DNA of 36,738 nt from a virus (Duplodnaviria; Caudoviricetes): positions 1 through 36,738 of the IMG/VR virus record IMGVR_UViG_3300032277_002806; one strand, given 5' to 3'. This document shows positions 34,502-36,738 of this stretch, one piece after another; within the stretch, counting starts at the first letter, position 1; the number at the start of each line of letters is the position of its first letter. The notes under the pieces were generated by a model. It did not search any database. It was not told where the DNA came from and saw only the letters and a program-made list of their open reading frames with translations. Position numbers and translations under genes: made by a program.

Positions 34502-34753
34502 TCAGACGCGCGGGGGCCAGCGCCAGTCGCCGACGTCAGCCCCCGCGGTGGACGAGGTGATCCAGTCAGGGTGGGCGGGATCGGTCCCGTAGATCGGGAG
34601 CGCGTCGGCGTCGTTGGCGCCGTCGAGGAAGAGGCGCAGGTTGACGCAGTTGTCAGACCAGACGGCGGTGACGATGGCTGGGCGCCAGCGCTCGACGTCC
34701 TCGTACTTGTTGGGGAGGCGGTAGTGGACGATGCGTCCGATGGAGGGCTTCAT
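34502..34753 (-). CDS. Small phage protein of the MKPSIGRIVHY...WxWPPRV type (83 aa)
   Basis: AAGGAG RBS before ATG 34753; recognisable phage motif of unknown function. Confidence 0.8.
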   Translation of the reverse strand: MKPSIGRIVHYRLPNKYEDVERWRPAIVTAVWSDNCVNLRLFLDGANDADALPIYGTDPAHPDWITSSTAGADVGDWRWPPRV

Positions 34754-34771
34754 GGTGGGCTCCTTGTTGGT

Positions 34772-34785
34772 GTTCAGATCTGAAC
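34772..34785. promoter_or_regulatory. Perfect 14-bp palindrome GTTCAGATCTGAAC (copy 2)
   Basis: Intergenic between amidase stop and next RBS; identical to 8888-8901. Confidence 0.55.
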
Positions 34786-34788
34786 GGG

Positions 34789-35436
34789 TCAGGCCGCCAG
34801 GGCGACGACCCGGCGGCGGAGGTTGGCTTCGACGCCGTCGACCAGCGCGACGGCGATCGCCTTGCAGGTGCCGTCGACCTTGCCGGGCGTGAGGAGGTGA
34901 GCGTGGTGGTCGACCGCCAGCGGCTCGAAGCAGACGCCGGCGACGTTCCGGGGGCCGCTGTAGATCCCGTCGATGGTGTGGAAGGCGTTGGCCGTCCACT
35001 CGTCGGGGTGGGCTGCCAGGGCCAGGTGTCGGGGGATGGAGGGCAGGCGCCGCGCGAGGGCGGCCCGGATGTCGTCGCCCAGCTCCGCGCCCAGCCGGCT
35101 CCGGTGGTCGTAGCAGACCAGGCTGTAGTCGCGCCCCGGGGCGACGCTCACCCCGTAGGCGTTCATGTGGCAGGCGACGTAGACGGCCGGCCCCGGGTGG
35201 CGCCTGGCCAGCACGTTCGCGCGCTCGTGGCGCTCGCCGTAGTGGCCCGAGTCGATGACGACGACCCGGACGCCGGCCTCCTCGAGGAGGGCGCGGGCCG
35301 CGCTGATGTAGAGGCCGGTGAAGTAGACCTCCTGCTCGTGGCGCTCGACGGCGCCGTCGTCGTCGATGTCGAAGCCGGCGCCGCGGTCGTCGCGCCCGGG
35401 CTTGCCGTAGTGCTGGCGGTCGAGGATGCAGATCAT
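34789..35436 (-). CDS. Endolysin, N-acetylmuramoyl-L-alanine amidase (Amidase_3)
   Basis: ILDRQHYG, HEQE, ERHERAN, VACHMNA, VCFEP provide the Zn ligands H/E/H and catalytic E. Confidence 0.88.
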   Translation of the reverse strand: MICILDRQHYGKPGRDDRGAGFDIDDDGAVERHEQEVYFTGLYISAARALLEEAGVRVVVIDSGHYGERHERANVLARRHPGPAVYVACHMNAYGVSVAPGRDYSLVCYDHRSRLGAELGDDIRAALARRLPSIPRHLALAAHPDEWTANAFHTIDGIYSGPRNVAGVCFEPLAVDHHAHLLTPGKVDGTCKAIAVALVDGVEANLRRRVVALAA

Positions 35437-35448
35437 GGTCAGGTCCTC

Positions 35449-36123
35449 CTACAGCGCGGGGAGTTCGGCGAGGACGTAGTGGCCCGCGTCGAGGTCGAGG
35501 CCCGTCACCGCGGCGCCGGGGTCGTTGTGCTCACCGAAGGCGACGTAGAAGTCGGCCCCGCTGCTCAGGTCGTACGCGACGTCCTGCTCGGTCGCCTCCA
35601 GGGTCGCGCCGGCGGCGTCGAGGAAGAGGAACGAGACCTGGCTGATGTCGTCGGACCCGTTGATGTGGGCGATGACGCGCACGCGAACACAACCAGCCTC
35701 GGTCGCTGGAGTGCCCGCCGCGGTGCCGGTGTGCGTCTTCCGCTTCCGCGTCCCGCCGTCGTCGACGATCCCGCAGCCGACCGCCCAGGTCCCAGGGCCG
35801 GAGGGGCTCATGAAGCCCACGCCGCACCACACGTCCGCCGGGAGGGTGTTGACGAGGATCTCTCCGATCAGGGCCCGGGCGTCGTCGGCGCTGCTGACCG
35901 TCTCCTTCAGCAGGCCGCACTGGCTGAGCTGCCGGTTCGGGCTGGAGCCGCCGCCGTCGAAGTCGATGACCACGTTCGGGGCGGTGCCCGACAGGTCGTT
36001 GATCGTGACCTCGTTCAGCACCTGGGTGGCGCTGGACTGGTCGAAGTTGGCCCAGGCCGCGGTGCTCGATGTGGCGGGGTTGCTGGTCGTGACGTTGACC
36101 TGGGGCTGGGCGAGGGCGCTCAC
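35449..36123 (-). CDS. Putative tail-associated beta-rich protein (224 aa)
   Basis: GTGA overlap at 36120-36123; last gene before lysin. Confidence 0.6.
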   Translation of the reverse strand: MSALAQPQVNVTTSNPATSSTAAWANFDQSSATQVLNEVTINDLSGTAPNVVIDFDGGGSSPNRQLSQCGLLKETVSSADDARALIGEILVNTLPADVWCGVGFMSPSGPGTWAVGCGIVDDGGTRKRKTHTGTAAGTPATEAGCVRVRVIAHINGSDDISQVSFLFLDAAGATLEATEQDVAYDLSSGADFYVAFGEHNDPGAAVTGLDLDAGHYVLAELPAL

Positions 36124-36530
36124 CGGGACACCCGCCAGCCGGCGGTGATGATGATCTCCACCTCGATCACGTTGTCGGCGTTGCCGCCGTCGACGTTGTG
36201 CTTGAGGTAGAGCTTGCCCTCGGGGGCGTAGTAGGGCGTGCCCAGCGCGCCGAGGTCCGCGGCGCCGGGGTTGAACCGGGCGGCGGCGGCGGCGGCCTCC
36301 AGGACCATGTCGTCGGCCTCGTCGCTCGCGTCGGCGACGCGCCGGAGCTCGGGCTGAACGGTGGTCGATCCAGTGCCGGAGATCAGACTCACCGAGCACT
36401 TGTGGATCCGCCCGCGCTGGGGCAGGCCGGAGATCGTCAGCTCGTCGGCGACGGCCTGCGCGGTCAGGCGCTCGGAGACGAGGTACTCCCCGCCGGAGGG
36501 GGTGGTGGGGGTCGCGGCGGTGTCGGCCAT
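36120..36530 (-). CDS. Putative tail-associated protein (136 aa)
   Basis: GGGAG RBS; beta-rich; follows the junction-spanning tail gene. Confidence 0.6.
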   Translation of the reverse strand: MADTAATPTTPSGGEYLVSERLTAQAVADELTISGLPQRGRIHKCSVSLISGTGSTTVQPELRRVADASDEADDMVLEAAAAAARFNPGAADLGALGTPYYAPEGKLYLKHNVDGGNADNVIEVEIIITAGWRVSR

Positions 36531-36545
36531 GGTGGCTCCCGGGGA

Positions 36546-36611
36546 TCAGGCGACGTCGCGGACGTCGCGGAGGGGTGAAGGGATGAGGATGAAGTCGAAC
36601 AGCAGCGCGCT
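36546..36611 (-). CDS. 3' end of the junction-spanning tail protein (...SALLFDFILIPSPLRDVRDVA*)
   Basis: Same frame as 1590..1 after circularisation; stop at 36546-36548. Confidence 0.85.
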   Translation of the reverse strand, partial: SALLFDFILIPSPLRDVRDVA

Positions 36612-36738
36612 GGCGGTCAGCGCGCGAGGCCGGGCGACGGCCAGGCGGTTCGTCAGGTAGAGCTCGTCGTCCGTCAGCGCGACGAGCGCCCCGGGCTGGA
36701 CCCAGGCGTGCTCGACGCCGCAGCGGTAGGTCAGGACG
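36612..36738 (+). repeat. 127-bp direct terminal repeat, copy 2
   Basis: Identical to 1-127. Confidence 0.97.

Larger units (their letters stand above)
1..36611. mobile_element. Complete temperate tailed-phage genome (siphovirus-like), circular/excised form
   Basis: Exact terminal overlap; full module set (terS/terL, portal, capsid, tail tube, tape measure, amidase, repressor, integrase); no host genes visible. Confidence 0.95.

Overview
The window is a complete, circularly assembled temperate tailed-phage (siphovirus-like) genome of 36,611 bp and very high GC. Bases 1-127 repeat exactly at 36612-36738, and a 551-aa tail gene missing from the ORF track reads through that junction. A long minus-strand unit starts at a Cro-like gene (25.6 kb). 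It runs through a ParB-methyltransferase/PD-(D/E)XK pair, an O-like initiator with internal iterons, a helicase-loader-like gene, a HAD phosphatase, a second DNA methyltransferase, terS/terL, portal, scaffold, capsid and tail (with a -1 frameshifted chaperone), then across the junction to an amidase lysis region. The plus strand carries a short CI-like repressor flanked by GACA-N7-TGTC operators, an early operon (tandem winged-helix paralogues, a GT9-like protein), xis, a tyrosine integrase and a probable attP. The most striking feature is a free-standing paralogue of the phage's own terminase nuclease domain (18351-19184) with predicted catalytic aspartates substituted, just upstream of terS/terL: a candidate terminase decoy or packaging regulator. 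Also notable are a membrane-anchored stand-alone PAS protein in the lysis region and a 14-bp palindrome repeated in two late intergenic gaps. All calls come from motif reading and synteny by eye; no database searches were run.
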